DNA of 64,000 bases from an uncultured Candidatus Binatia bacterium. GTDB lineage: Bacteria; Desulfobacterota; Binatia; UBA9968; JAJDTQ01. Position 1 is the stretch's first letter. Each line of letters begins with the position of its first letter. The DNA lies in the NCBI GenBank assembly GCA_965215605.1, contig OZ244070.1, positions 2,048,001 to 2,112,000 of the forward strand, given 5' to 3'. Under the pieces are notes generated by a model. That model ran no database searches. It was not told where the DNA came from and was given only the letters and a program-made list of their open reading frames with translations. Of the stretch, positions 30,022 to 38,673 are shown piece by piece. Both the position numbers and the translations under genes were made by a program.

Positions 30022-31044
30022 ATGGCGAAGGAAAGCACGGAGTACCGGGAGCACTGGGGGAGGGAGGGCTTCGCCGGGACCGGGGTGAACGTCACCCGCA
30101 CGCACCACAGTCCGGACTTCATCTCGGTCACGGGCCCGCATGTGCCGCACCGGCTGAACGTCGGCGCCGTGGCGTTGCCAGAGCGCGACGATGCGGAGGC
30201 GCTGCCCGTCGCTTTCCACGCGGGCCGCACGGGTGTCCAGCTCAGCGTGTCCGGACGCGCCCATCCCATGCCCTTCGTGGTGTCCAACGTCGAGGCCGAC
30301 GAGGTGCACTTCGTGCAGGAGGGAGAGCTGGAGTTCCGCACGGCCTACGGCACGCTCACCGGAGAACCCGGCGACTTCGTGGTCATTCCGCGCGGGATCC
30401 CGTACCGTGTCCGGCCCGAAACGGATTCGAGCCTTTCGGTCATCGTCGAGACCCCGGGAGCGCTCCGCTTCGATCCGTCGCCGACCTTCGGCTCCGGGCT
30501 CCGGTGCGCGGTGATCGGCGAAGACGAAGCCCAGGACGTGGAGACCGTGCTGCTGCTCAAGTCCTTCGACGGCGTCACCCGGTACGTCAAGCCGACGAAC
30601 CCGCTGGCCACCCAGGCCCTTGTGGACGGTCCCAGCCCGGTATGGAAGCTGAATCTCAGGGACGTCCCCACCGATGAGAACGGTCCTCCGGTCCAGTTCA
30701 TTGCGTCGCCCGGCCGGGACGAGCTGTTCTACAACCTGAGCGCCCGCCACCGCCGTCGCCCGCCCATCCACAACAACGTGGACTACGACGAGCTGATCTA
30801 TTACTTCGAGGGTCCCGGCGCCTGGGGCGGCGTGAACGAGCCCGGCATGCTGACCTGCGTGCCCAAGGGCGTGATCCACCACGGCCCCTCCGAGGACGTG
30901 CCCGAGGGCTACTACGCGTGGATGCTGGAGTCGCGCTGCACCCTGCGCCTGACCGACGCCGGCGCGGCCGCCGCGGAGCTCATGGAGACCGACCTCTACG
31001 GCCCCCACGCCACCAGCCGGGACGGCGCCGCCAACGGCCGGTAG
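30022..31044 (+). CDS. Homogentisate 1,2-dioxygenase-like cupin
   Basis: NVEADEVHFV..G, GDFVVIPRG, HNNVDYDE..HHGP metal motif; GGAGG RBS. Confidence 0.8.
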   Translation: MAKESTEYREHWGREGFAGTGVNVTRTHHSPDFISVTGPHVPHRLNVGAVALPERDDAEALPVAFHAGRTGVQLSVSGRAHPMPFVVSNVEADEVHFVQEGELEFRTAYGTLTGEPGDFVVIPRGIPYRVRPETDSSLSVIVETPGALRFDPSPTFGSGLRCAVIGEDEAQDVETVLLLKSFDGVTRYVKPTNPLATQALVDGPSPVWKLNLRDVPTDENGPPVQFIASPGRDELFYNLSARHRRRPPIHNNVDYDELIYYFEGPGAWGGVNEPGMLTCVPKGVIHHGPSEDVPEGYYAWMLESRCTLRLTDAGAAAAELMETDLYGPHATSRDGAANGR

Positions 31045-31062
31045 GTTCGGGAGACCGGGCTC

Positions 31063-32295
31063 TTGCGATGGCGTTTCCGCCGGCCCGCGAAGCGCGGCCG
31101 CACCCTGGCCGCGCTGGACGTTCGTGACTTCCGGCTGCTCTACATCGCTCTTTTCGGAACCTCGGTCAGCTATCAGCTCCAGCGCACCATCGAGCTCTGG
31201 CTGGTCTACGATCTCACCGGTTCCCCCCTGTTGACCGGTTTCACCGGCTTGGTCCGCGGTTTGGCTACGCTGGTATTCCAACTCGCGGGAGGAGTCGTGG
31301 CCGACCGTATCGACCGGCGGCGGTTCGTGATCCTGGTCCAGGGGGTGAATGCCCTGATCACCCTGTCCCTGGGGACGCTGGCTCTCACCGGCCTCATCGC
31401 GGTGTGGCACATCTACCTGGCGGCGTTCGTTAACGCGACCCTGACCACCGCGGCGGGACCGGCACGGACCGCCATGGTCCCGGGCCTCGTGCCGCGGGAG
31501 CTGCTGGTCAACGCCTTCGCGCAGATCGCGTCCGTCCGCAAACTGTCGCAGCTCGTGGGCCCCGCGGCGGGCGGCGTCCTGATCGGCGTCGCGGGCTCCG
31601 GCTGGACCTACGCGGTGGCCTGCCTGATCTATGTCGTGTCCGTCCCGATCATGGTGTGCATGCGCTACGAGTCCGGGCCGCTGGACCGGGAGCAGTCGCC
31701 GGTGAAGAGCCTGCTCGAAGGGGTCGCCTTCATCCGGCGCAACTCGCTGATCGTGGTCCTGCTGGTGACCGAGTTCGCGGCGGTCTTCTTCGGCAGCTAC
31801 CGGGCGCTGCTGCCGATCTTCGCCGTGGCCATGGGCCTCGGCCCCGAAGGCTTGGGCATCCTCCTGGCCGCGCCGGCGCTGGGCGCGCTCCCCGGAGTGG
31901 CCGCGGTCATGTGGCTGGGGAACATCTCGTACAAGGGCCTGTTCATCTCGTTCAGCGTCATGGCCTACGCCGGTTGCCTTTTCGGGCTGGCGTTCTCCAC
32001 GTGGTTTCTCGGGTCGGTGGCGATCCTGTTCCTGGTGGGCGTCTTCGATGCGCTGCAAGCCGTGGTGCGCCAGGTCGTGATCCAGGCCCGCACCCCGGAC
32101 AACCTGAGAGGACGCGCCGCGAGCTTCCAGCGCATACTGGGCGTGGGCGCCCCCTCCCTGGGCGAGGCCCACTCGGGCGCTGTTGCCGCGCTGATCGGCG
32201 CCCCCTGGACGCTGGTGGTGACCGCGGTAGTATGCATCGGGATCACCGCGGGGCTGGTGGTGAAGCGGCCGGATTTGCGGGACCGGGACCTGTGA
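31063..32295 (+). CDS. MFS transporter
   Basis: RDFRLL, GVVADRIDRR motif A, PDNLRGR. Confidence 0.9.
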   Translation: MRWRFRRPAKRGRTLAALDVRDFRLLYIALFGTSVSYQLQRTIELWLVYDLTGSPLLTGFTGLVRGLATLVFQLAGGVVADRIDRRRFVILVQGVNALITLSLGTLALTGLIAVWHIYLAAFVNATLTTAAGPARTAMVPGLVPRELLVNAFAQIASVRKLSQLVGPAAGGVLIGVAGSGWTYAVACLIYVVSVPIMVCMRYESGPLDREQSPVKSLLEGVAFIRRNSLIVVLLVTEFAAVFFGSYRALLPIFAVAMGLGPEGLGILLAAPALGALPGVAAVMWLGNISYKGLFISFSVMAYAGCLFGLAFSTWFLGSVAILFLVGVFDALQAVVRQVVIQARTPDNLRGRAASFQRILGVGAPSLGEAHSGAVAALIGAPWTLVVTAVVCIGITAGLVVKRPDLRDRDL

Positions 32296-32313
32296 TCGTG
32301 CGTGGGGAGAGGC

Positions 32314-32360
32314 TTGCGAAATGCTTGGTATCAGACTAAGTTTAAGAGACTAAGCTAGTT
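32314..32360 (+). promoter_or_regulatory. TA operon promoter/operator
   Basis: TTGCGA (32314)-17 bp-TAAGTT (32337); AGACTAAG repeated at 32333 and 32347. Confidence 0.55.
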
Positions 32361-32373
32361 AGATGGAGCGGCT

Positions 32374-32619
32374 ATGCGAACTGTAAACATGCACGAAGCC
32401 AAGACACATTTGTCCAGTCTCGTCGAGGCTGCCGCAAATGGAGAGCCCTTCATCATCGCGCGTGCGGGGAAGCCGGTGGTGAAGGTCGTTGCCGTGGAAG
32501 CGCCGGAATCGGCAAAGATGCGCCGAATCGGGTTTCTGGACGGCAAAATCTCGGTGCCCGAGGACTTCGATCGCATGGGCTCCGCTGAAATCGAGGCGTT
32601 GTTCGAGGGCGAGGAGTGA
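32374..32619 (+). CDS. Phd/YefM-family antitoxin
   Basis: VNMHEAKTHLSSLVE..GEPFIIARAGKPVVK, VPEDFD. Confidence 0.93.
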   Translation: MRTVNMHEAKTHLSSLVEAAANGEPFIIARAGKPVVKVVAVEAPESAKMRRIGFLDGKISVPEDFDRMGSAEIEALFEGEE

Positions 32620-33035
32620 ATCTCCTTCTGGACACCCATGTGCTCCTTTGGGCAGCAGGATCTTCTGAGCGGTTGCCGGAGGAGGGGCGGAGTTTGCTCG
32701 AAGAGCAAGAGACGCAGCCGGTCTTCAGCGCGGCGTCCATCTGGGAAATCGCCATCAAGAGCGGGATCGGGCGCTCGGACTTCCGCGTCAATCCTCATCT
32801 ACTGCGGCGAGGATTGCTGGAGAACGGCTACACGGAACTGCCCGTGACGGGTGCCCACGCGGTAGCGGTGGTATTGCTGCCGCCTCTACACAAGGACCCG
32901 TTCGACCGCATACTGATCGCCCAAGCCCAGGTCGAAGGGATCACGCTGTTGACGGCAGACAAGATGGTAGGACGATACCCGGGGCCGATCCGGGTGCTGG
33001 TAACGTCAAAAGGCTTGTGTCAGGGAGAAGAGTGA
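32616..33035 (+). CDS. vapC: PIN-domain VapC toxin
   Basis: LLLDTHVLLW, SIWEIAIK, HKDPFDRILIAQA, LLTAD; GTGA overlap with antitoxin. Confidence 0.93.
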   Translation: MNLLLDTHVLLWAAGSSERLPEEGRSLLEEQETQPVFSAASIWEIAIKSGIGRSDFRVNPHLLRRGLLENGYTELPVTGAHAVAVVLLPPLHKDPFDRILIAQAQVEGITLLTADKMVGRYPGPIRVLVTSKGLCQGEE

Positions 33036-33141
33036 TGGGACTCCCTGGGACCTGTTTTCGTGAGTTAAGACGGCGAACTGGATACGGTCCATGGAGGTAT
33101 GATTCTGGAAGACGCCGATGGGACGATGGGGTTCCTTTCAC

Positions 33142-33165
33142 AGGGCGACCGCCGGTCGCCCCTAC
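33142..33165. repeat. GTAG-type REP, family D (reverse)
   Basis: agggcgaccgccggtcgcccctac. Confidence 0.7.
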
Positions 33166-33260
33166 ATGTCATCGCGCGTCGCCGACCTCAAAGATCCCTG
33201 TGTAACTTGTCCCAGGAATTTCCGGGACACGACACTAACTAAGTTTCAAAGGGAATATAA

Positions 33261-33297
33261 CCTTGTAATCGTGGATCTGCATGCCATAATTACGAGG
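33261..33297. promoter_or_regulatory. Inverted repeat overlapping the promoter of ATPase copy 3
   Basis: ccttgtaatcgtgga-7 bp-gccataattacgagg (11/15 match); arms contain TTGTAA and TGcCATAAT, with ATG at 33298. Confidence 0.6.
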
Positions 33298-34458
33298 ATG
33301 ATTGAGCGACGAGTACTCCAAACCGTCTTGAGACGGCTGGAGCAGTTCCCGGCCGTGGCATTGCTGGGTCCTCGCCAAGTCGGCAAGACCACATTGGCCG
33401 AAGCCGTGGGCGCTGAACGGGAAAGCGTTTACCTCGATCTGGAGACGCAGTCGGGCCGCGAAAGACTGTCCGATCCGTCGGATTATCTCTCTGCACATGA
33501 AGACAGGCTGGTGATCCTGGACGAAGTGCAGGCAATGCCGGAGTTGTTCCAGGAACTCCGGAGCCTGATAGACCGGGGACGTCGCCGCGGCAGGCGAACC
33601 AACCGCTTTCTCATACTCGGGTCGGCGTCAATGGATCTTCTGAGGCAGTCGAGCGAGAGCCTTGCCGGACGTCTTGCGTACGTCGAACTGGAACCCATGG
33701 ACGTGTTGGAGGTCCTGCGCGACGACAGGGAGAATCTTTGGCTGCGCGGGGGGTTCCCGGACAGCTTTCTGGCAGGGGACGATGCCGCCAGCGCACTCTG
33801 GAGGGACAGCTTCATCAAGACCTACCTGGAGCGGGACATTCCGCAACTCGGCCCGCGAATTCCTGCCGAGACGCTACGGCGCTTCTGGACCATGCTGGCG
33901 CACACTCAAGGCCAACTCCTGAATGCGGCGCAACTGGCCCGCGCCCTTGCCGTCGACGGAAAGACTATCGCCCGCTACCTGGACCTCATGGTCGACCTGT
34001 TGCTGGTCCGTCGACTGCAGCCCTACCACGCCAACGTGCGCAAGCGCCTCGTCAGGTCACCGAAGGTCTACGTGCGCGACAGCGGTCTGGTCCACACCCT
34101 CCTCGGCCTCGATGACCGTGAGGCCGTGCTCGGCCATCCCGTGGCCGGCGGAAGCTGGGAGGGATTCGTCTTGGAGAACATCCTGCGGGCCGCTCCCGAA
34201 CGAACCCTCGCCAGTTTCTACCGCAGCGCCGCGGGCGCCGAGATCGACCTGCTGCTGGAAATGCCCAACCAGGAACTCTGGGCCATCGAAATCAAGCGCG
34301 GTCTCGCCCTGAAGCTCGAACGAGGTTTCCACCACGCACGGCAGGACCTGAAGCCGGATCGCTGCTTCGTGGTGTATTCGGGGGATGAGAGATACCCTCG
34401 GGGGGAGGGTGTGGAGGTTGTCGGACTGGAGGAACTATGTCGCACTGTTTCTCAATAG
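33298..34458 (+). CDS. AAA_14/DUF4143 ATP-binding protein (copy 3)
   Basis: GPRQVGKTT, LDEVQ, LGSAS, SESLAGR, RGGFP, SPKVYVRDSGL, EIDLL..IEIK. Confidence 0.92.
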   Translation: MIERRVLQTVLRRLEQFPAVALLGPRQVGKTTLAEAVGAERESVYLDLETQSGRERLSDPSDYLSAHEDRLVILDEVQAMPELFQELRSLIDRGRRRGRRTNRFLILGSASMDLLRQSSESLAGRLAYVELEPMDVLEVLRDDRENLWLRGGFPDSFLAGDDAASALWRDSFIKTYLERDIPQLGPRIPAETLRRFWTMLAHTQGQLLNAAQLARALAVDGKTIARYLDLMVDLLLVRRLQPYHANVRKRLVRSPKVYVRDSGLVHTLLGLDDREAVLGHPVAGGSWEGFVLENILRAAPERTLASFYRSAAGAEIDLLLEMPNQELWAIEIKRGLALKLERGFHHARQDLKPDRCFVVYSGDERYPRGEGVEVVGLEELCRTVSQ

Positions 34459-34585
34459 CGGCAGCCTTCAAGCGTGCGAACTGTGACATTTTGGAATAAT
34501 CAACTAAAATAAGTGTCAAGTCTACCCTGAAAACCCCGCACTGGACCGGCACACAGAGGTAGCAGTCTCAGGGAGGGACCTAGCC

Positions 34586-35524
34586 ATGAATGCACAACGC
34601 TACCAGCTTCGTATCAGTGGCCTTGACGAATCTGAAGGTCAGATCAGGGCGGTAACCCTTGAGCGTGTCGTCTCCGCGTTGCGCTCAACCGCAGAGCGCA
34701 CAACACGTTTGCTCGCTACTGGCAAGAGTAGTGAAAAGGGACCAAAGCCCAAATGGCTCGACGCCACGACTGACTTCACCATCACCGGTTTGAAGGCAGG
34801 CTCCACAACGCTGGAGATGGAGGCGCCTCGCCTTGGCGTGACAGCTCGTGAGGCATTTGCTCAGCAGGAATTCTGGCGCGAGACGCCGAGCCTTCAAGAC
34901 ACCGCTCTCGACCTCGCTGCCTTCGCAATCGAAGAAGTTGGTGCTGACGACCCCTCTGGGGACCGTTTCGACATCGCCGTTATCCAAGCGATTCTTAAGT
35001 TTGGGAGTGCAGCAGTCGGACGCGTCTCCTATGAGCTGAACCCAAAGGGTCGTGCACGGGGACACTTTGTCCTGGACCACGAGACACGGAATCGAGCCGC
35101 GGGCCAGTTGAAAAGGATTCCGAAGCCGAAAGCCTTCATTGTAAGCGGCAGACTGGATGAAATTCGCCATGGGAGCGCACGATTTTGTCTTGTAACGAGT
35201 CAGAACATGCGTCTTCTTGGATGCCTGGACACCACCCAATTGGACACAGAATCGTTGCGTCCCCTGTGGGGAAAACAGACTACGGTGGAAGGGATGGTTC
35301 ATTTCAAGGCAAATGGCCAACCGCGGTTGATCCAGGCGCGCCGGATAGGTGGGCAGTTGGAGGGGGACAGCCTTTTCGAGGAAATGCCACTACTGACAAT
35401 TCCGGAGCCTCACAGGCCTCATAAGGCCGGGCGCGGACGAACTTCGTCTTTCGATCCGATAGAGCTAGCCGGCGCGTGGCCCGGTGATGAGTCCATAGAG
35501 GATTTGATGGCCGAACTCGACTGA
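34586..35524 (+). CDS. Hypothetical protein; N-terminal domain shared with 44360 protein, antitoxin-like acidic C-tail
   Basis: 312-aa ORF with GGGAGG RBS and lower GC; ends LAGAWPGDESIEDLMAELD directly upstream of a PIN gene. Confidence 0.8.
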   Translation: MNAQRYQLRISGLDESEGQIRAVTLERVVSALRSTAERTTRLLATGKSSEKGPKPKWLDATTDFTITGLKAGSTTLEMEAPRLGVTAREAFAQQEFWRETPSLQDTALDLAAFAIEEVGADDPSGDRFDIAVIQAILKFGSAAVGRVSYELNPKGRARGHFVLDHETRNRAAGQLKRIPKPKAFIVSGRLDEIRHGSARFCLVTSQNMRLLGCLDTTQLDTESLRPLWGKQTTVEGMVHFKANGQPRLIQARRIGGQLEGDSLFEEMPLLTIPEPHRPHKAGRGRTSSFDPIELAGAWPGDESIEDLMAELD

Positions 35525-35543
35525 GCCGTCTGCTCATGGGTTG

Positions 35544-35829
35544 ATGACGCGTTTCCTCCTTGACACCAACATGTTGCTCGGCTTTATCCGTGAAGCGCCC
35601 TGTGGTCTTGGCTGCATACGCCCTGATAGACGCCTGGACGCATGGCAAAGATGTGGCTTCGCCTCGAAACCACCCGCCGCCAAAACCGGCTGTGCCGATG
35701 TCCAAGAACGATCTCTGGATCGCCGCAACTGCTCACGTGAGCCAGGCCGTGCTCCTCTCGACAGACAACGACTTCGCACACCTGGACAAGATATGGTTCG
35801 ATTTCAAAAAGGTGGACATGGAAGTGTAG
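35544..35829 (+). pseudogene. PIN-domain toxin, internally deleted and frameshifted
   Basis: MTRFLLDTNMLLGFIRE in one frame; ..MSKNDLWIAATAH..LLSTDNDFAHL in another frame; junction near 35600; middle of domain missing. Confidence 0.8.
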
Positions 35830-35944
35830 CAACAGTCTTGGCCGGTCATACCAGACCGCTATGCGAGAACGGCCATGGAAACCGGCTCATACACAAAATT
35901 CTGTACAGGACCGCCAACGGCGCTGGTAAACCGTGTGTTTCGGG

Positions 35945-37387
35945 CTATCCCAACGCTGGCTTCCTTTGAACCCACCCCGCCGTCCGCTCATACGCGTGCA
36001 CCACTTGAAACACGCGGCTCTCATCAAAGCACGCGCCGACCACCTGCAGCCCCAACGGCAGCCCGGCAGCCGTAAACCCGCAGCACACGCTCAGCACCGG
36101 CAGCCCGGTGACGTTGAACGGGATGGTGCAGCGGGTGCCGATGCTGCCGCTGGGGTGGCGGAAGGGGATCCGGCGGCCGTCGATTTCGGCGAAGCCTTGC
36201 TTGCATTCCTCGATGGTGGGCGCGGCGATGCCGACGGTGGGGGCGACGATCACTTGCACGTCCTGGAGGGCCTCCTCGAACTCGCGGCAGATGACGCGCC
36301 GCACACGCTGGGAGGTGACGTAGGTCGAGGCGGGGATGGTGAGGGAGGCGATGTTCCGGTGCAACAACTCACGGCTGTAGCCCCCGGGCTGCTTGCGCAG
36401 GTAGGGTTCGTGGGCCACGACGTTCTCGCAGCGGCTGGTGGCGGTCTGGACGGCGGGGACCGCATCCATGTGGGGGATGGTGATGTCCTTGACCTGCATG
36501 CCCAGGGATTCCAAGGCGGCGAGAGCGTCCCGGAACCCCTTGGCCACCTCGTCCACCATCAGCTCGTCGAAGTAGCTGTCGATGACGCCAACCTTCATGC
36601 CGGCGACGGCGCTGCCCAGGCCTTCGCTGTAGTCGGGCACGGGTTCGGGAGAGGTCAGCGGGTCGTTGGGATCCTCCCCGGCGATGGCGGCCAGCACCAG
36701 GGCGCAGTCCTCCACGGTCTTGGTGAAAGGGCCGAAGTGGTCGGAGGAGAAGCCGCCGGTGCCGGCGACGCCGCCGTAGCGGCTGACGCGGCCGTAGGTG
36801 GCCTTGAGGCCCACGGTGCCGCACCAGGCGGCGGGGTTGCGTACCGAGCCGGCGTTGTCGGTGCCGATGGAGATCAGGCACAGGTCGGCGGCCACCGCGG
36901 CGGCAGAGCCGCCGCTGGAACCGCCCGGCACCCGGCTGGTGTCCCACGGGTTGTGGGTGGTGCCGAAATAGGGGTTCATGGTGGTGCCGCCGCCGGCCCA
37001 CTCGTGCATGTTGTTCTTGCCCAGGACGATGGCCCCGGCCTCCCGCAGCCGGGTCACCACGGTGGCGTCGAAGTCGGGCTTCCAGTCCGCCAGGATCCGG
37101 CTGCCGGCGGTGGTGGGGTAGCCCCTGACCGCGAGGTTGTCCTTGATGGACACCGGGATCCCGTGTAGCGGCCCGCGGTAGTTGCCGCCCGCGATCTCCT
37201 TCTCGGCACGACGCGCCGCCGCCATGGCGTCGTCTTCCATGACGGTGCTGTAGGCGTTGAGCACGGGGTTGAGGCGCTTGATCCGCTCCAGATAGCAGGC
37301 GGTCACTTCCACCGGCGAGACCTCCCGGGCGGCGATGCGGGGGGCCAGGCTTGCGATGGTGAGGGTTGTGGGATCCAGGTCGGGCAT
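35945..37387 (-). CDS. Amidase signature enzyme (GatA-like)
   Basis: GPLHGIPVSIKD, GGSSGGSAAAVAA, GTDNAGSVRNPA. Confidence 0.93.
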   Translation of the reverse strand: MPDLDPTTLTIASLAPRIAAREVSPVEVTACYLERIKRLNPVLNAYSTVMEDDAMAAARRAEKEIAGGNYRGPLHGIPVSIKDNLAVRGYPTTAGSRILADWKPDFDATVVTRLREAGAIVLGKNNMHEWAGGGTTMNPYFGTTHNPWDTSRVPGGSSGGSAAAVAADLCLISIGTDNAGSVRNPAAWCGTVGLKATYGRVSRYGGVAGTGGFSSDHFGPFTKTVEDCALVLAAIAGEDPNDPLTSPEPVPDYSEGLGSAVAGMKVGVIDSYFDELMVDEVAKGFRDALAALESLGMQVKDITIPHMDAVPAVQTATSRCENVVAHEPYLRKQPGGYSRELLHRNIASLTIPASTYVTSQRVRRVICREFEEALQDVQVIVAPTVGIAAPTIEECKQGFAEIDGRRIPFRHPSGSIGTRCTIPFNVTGLPVLSVCCGFTAAGLPLGLQVVGACFDESRVFQVVHAYERTAGWVQRKPALG

Positions 37388-37418
37388 GGGACCTTCCTTT
37401 CGTTGCCTGTCAGAATGG

Positions 37419-37474
37419 CGTCCTTCGACTTCGCCCGCCCTCCGACAAGCTCAGCACCCGCTACGCTCGGGACG
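37419..37474. repeat. REP-like family C with nested insertion
   Basis: cgtccttcgacttcgc-[ccgccctccgacaagctcagcacc]-cgctacgctcgggacg. Confidence 0.7.
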
Positions 37475-37501
37475 CACGGTGATTTTCTTCCGTTCGTTCC
37501 G

Positions 37502-38503
37502 CTAGTCGAGGTCGGCGCAGGCGGGGATGACCTTGTGTCCCCACAGATCCATGATCACGTCGAAGTTGCGGTTGGGGGGCGTGAGCAGCACGTGGGACAC
37601 GCCGGCCCCGGCCAGCTCCCGGATCCGCTGCGTACACTCTTGCGGGGTTCCGGCGATGGCGAATCGCCCCAGCAGGTAGTCCGTGATGAGCGCGGGATCC
37701 GACCTTTCCTCCATCGGCTTGCTGATGTCGAAGCCGGCCATGAACCGCTTGACGCCGGCGAGCTCATGTTCCGGCACGGTCTCCAGGGTAAAGCGGAAGT
37801 TGTGATGGGCGCGGTTGGCGAGGCGCCCGCGCACCAGGTCCCGAGCCCTTGGCCCGTCTTCGTCGACACAGATCATTCCCCCGACCGCGATGTCGATATC
37901 GGACAAGGCGCGTCCGCCTTCCTCCGCTCCGGCCGCGATCTGGCCGCGCGCCCAGTCCAGCACGTCCAGGTCGAACCCGGTCCCCAGGATGACGCCGTCG
38001 GCATACCGTCCGGCGACCCGGAGGCTCCGGGGCCCCACCGCGGCTATGTAGATGGGCACGGGAGTCTTGCCGGCGTTGAGGGAGACGGCGCCGGCGCCTT
38101 CCTTGCCCCGGGGCACCTCGATGGACCGTCCCTGGAGCAGTTCGCGGATGGTGGCCAGTCCCGCCGCGAAATCGGCCAACGGCGTGGCTCTCCGTCCCAG
38201 CCGGTAGGTGGAGCCGTCGCCGGTGCCCAGCCCCAGTAGCGCCCGCCCCCCGGCAAACTCGTTGGCCGTGGCGGCGGACGAAGCCAGGGCGGTGGGGTCG
38301 CGGTAGGCCATGGTGGTGACGGCGATGCCGAAACGGAGCCGTTCCGTTCGCAGGGCGCACACGGTCATGGCCTGGAACCCGTCGAGGTTGTTCAGGTGAC
38401 CGTCGGCGAAGAACAGGGCGTGGAAGCCCAGAGCCTCGGCAGCCTCCGCCCGGCGAGTGATCTGGTCGGCGTTGCGAGCGGGGCTGTGAATGGAAAAATG
38501 CAC
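37502..38503 (-). CDS. LLM-class flavin-dependent oxidoreductase
   Basis: AEALGF, GRALLGLGTGD, PIYIAAVGPRSLRVAGRYADG, AGTPQEC. Confidence 0.9.
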   Translation of the reverse strand: MHFSIHSPARNADQITRRAEAAEALGFHALFFADGHLNNLDGFQAMTVCALRTERLRFGIAVTTMAYRDPTALASSAATANEFAGGRALLGLGTGDGSTYRLGRRATPLADFAAGLATIRELLQGRSIEVPRGKEGAGAVSLNAGKTPVPIYIAAVGPRSLRVAGRYADGVILGTGFDLDVLDWARGQIAAGAEEGGRALSDIDIAVGGMICVDEDGPRARDLVRGRLANRAHHNFRFTLETVPEHELAGVKRFMAGFDISKPMEERSDPALITDYLLGRFAIAGTPQECTQRIRELAGAGVSHVLLTPPNRNFDVIMDLWGHKVIPACADLD

Positions 38504-38538
38504 GGGTGACTCCTTGCCAGGATATGCGACGGACCGTG

Positions 38539-38608
38539 GCAGGGGCGGGATTCAAACCCGCCCGGCATTGCGCTGTGCGTACGCGGCGGGTTTGAATCCC
38601 GCCCCTGC
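38539..38608. repeat. Inverted REP doublet (REPIN-like), family D
   Basis: gcaggggcgggattcaaacccgcc ... ggcgggtttgaatcccgcccctgc. Confidence 0.8.
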
Positions 38609-38673
38609 ACCGCTGTCTTCCGTAGCGCAGGGCCGTGGAGGCGTCGGTTTGTCTCGTGCTCGGGACCGGCCGG

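Noticed and set aside
33207-33238. IS or MITE end (tgtcccaggaatttccgggaca)
   Set aside because: Single short palindrome with no matching second end, target duplication or transposase in the window
35541-35829. Programmed frameshift producing PIN toxin
   Set aside because: No slippery sequence at the junction and the joined product is too short; a deletion is more likely
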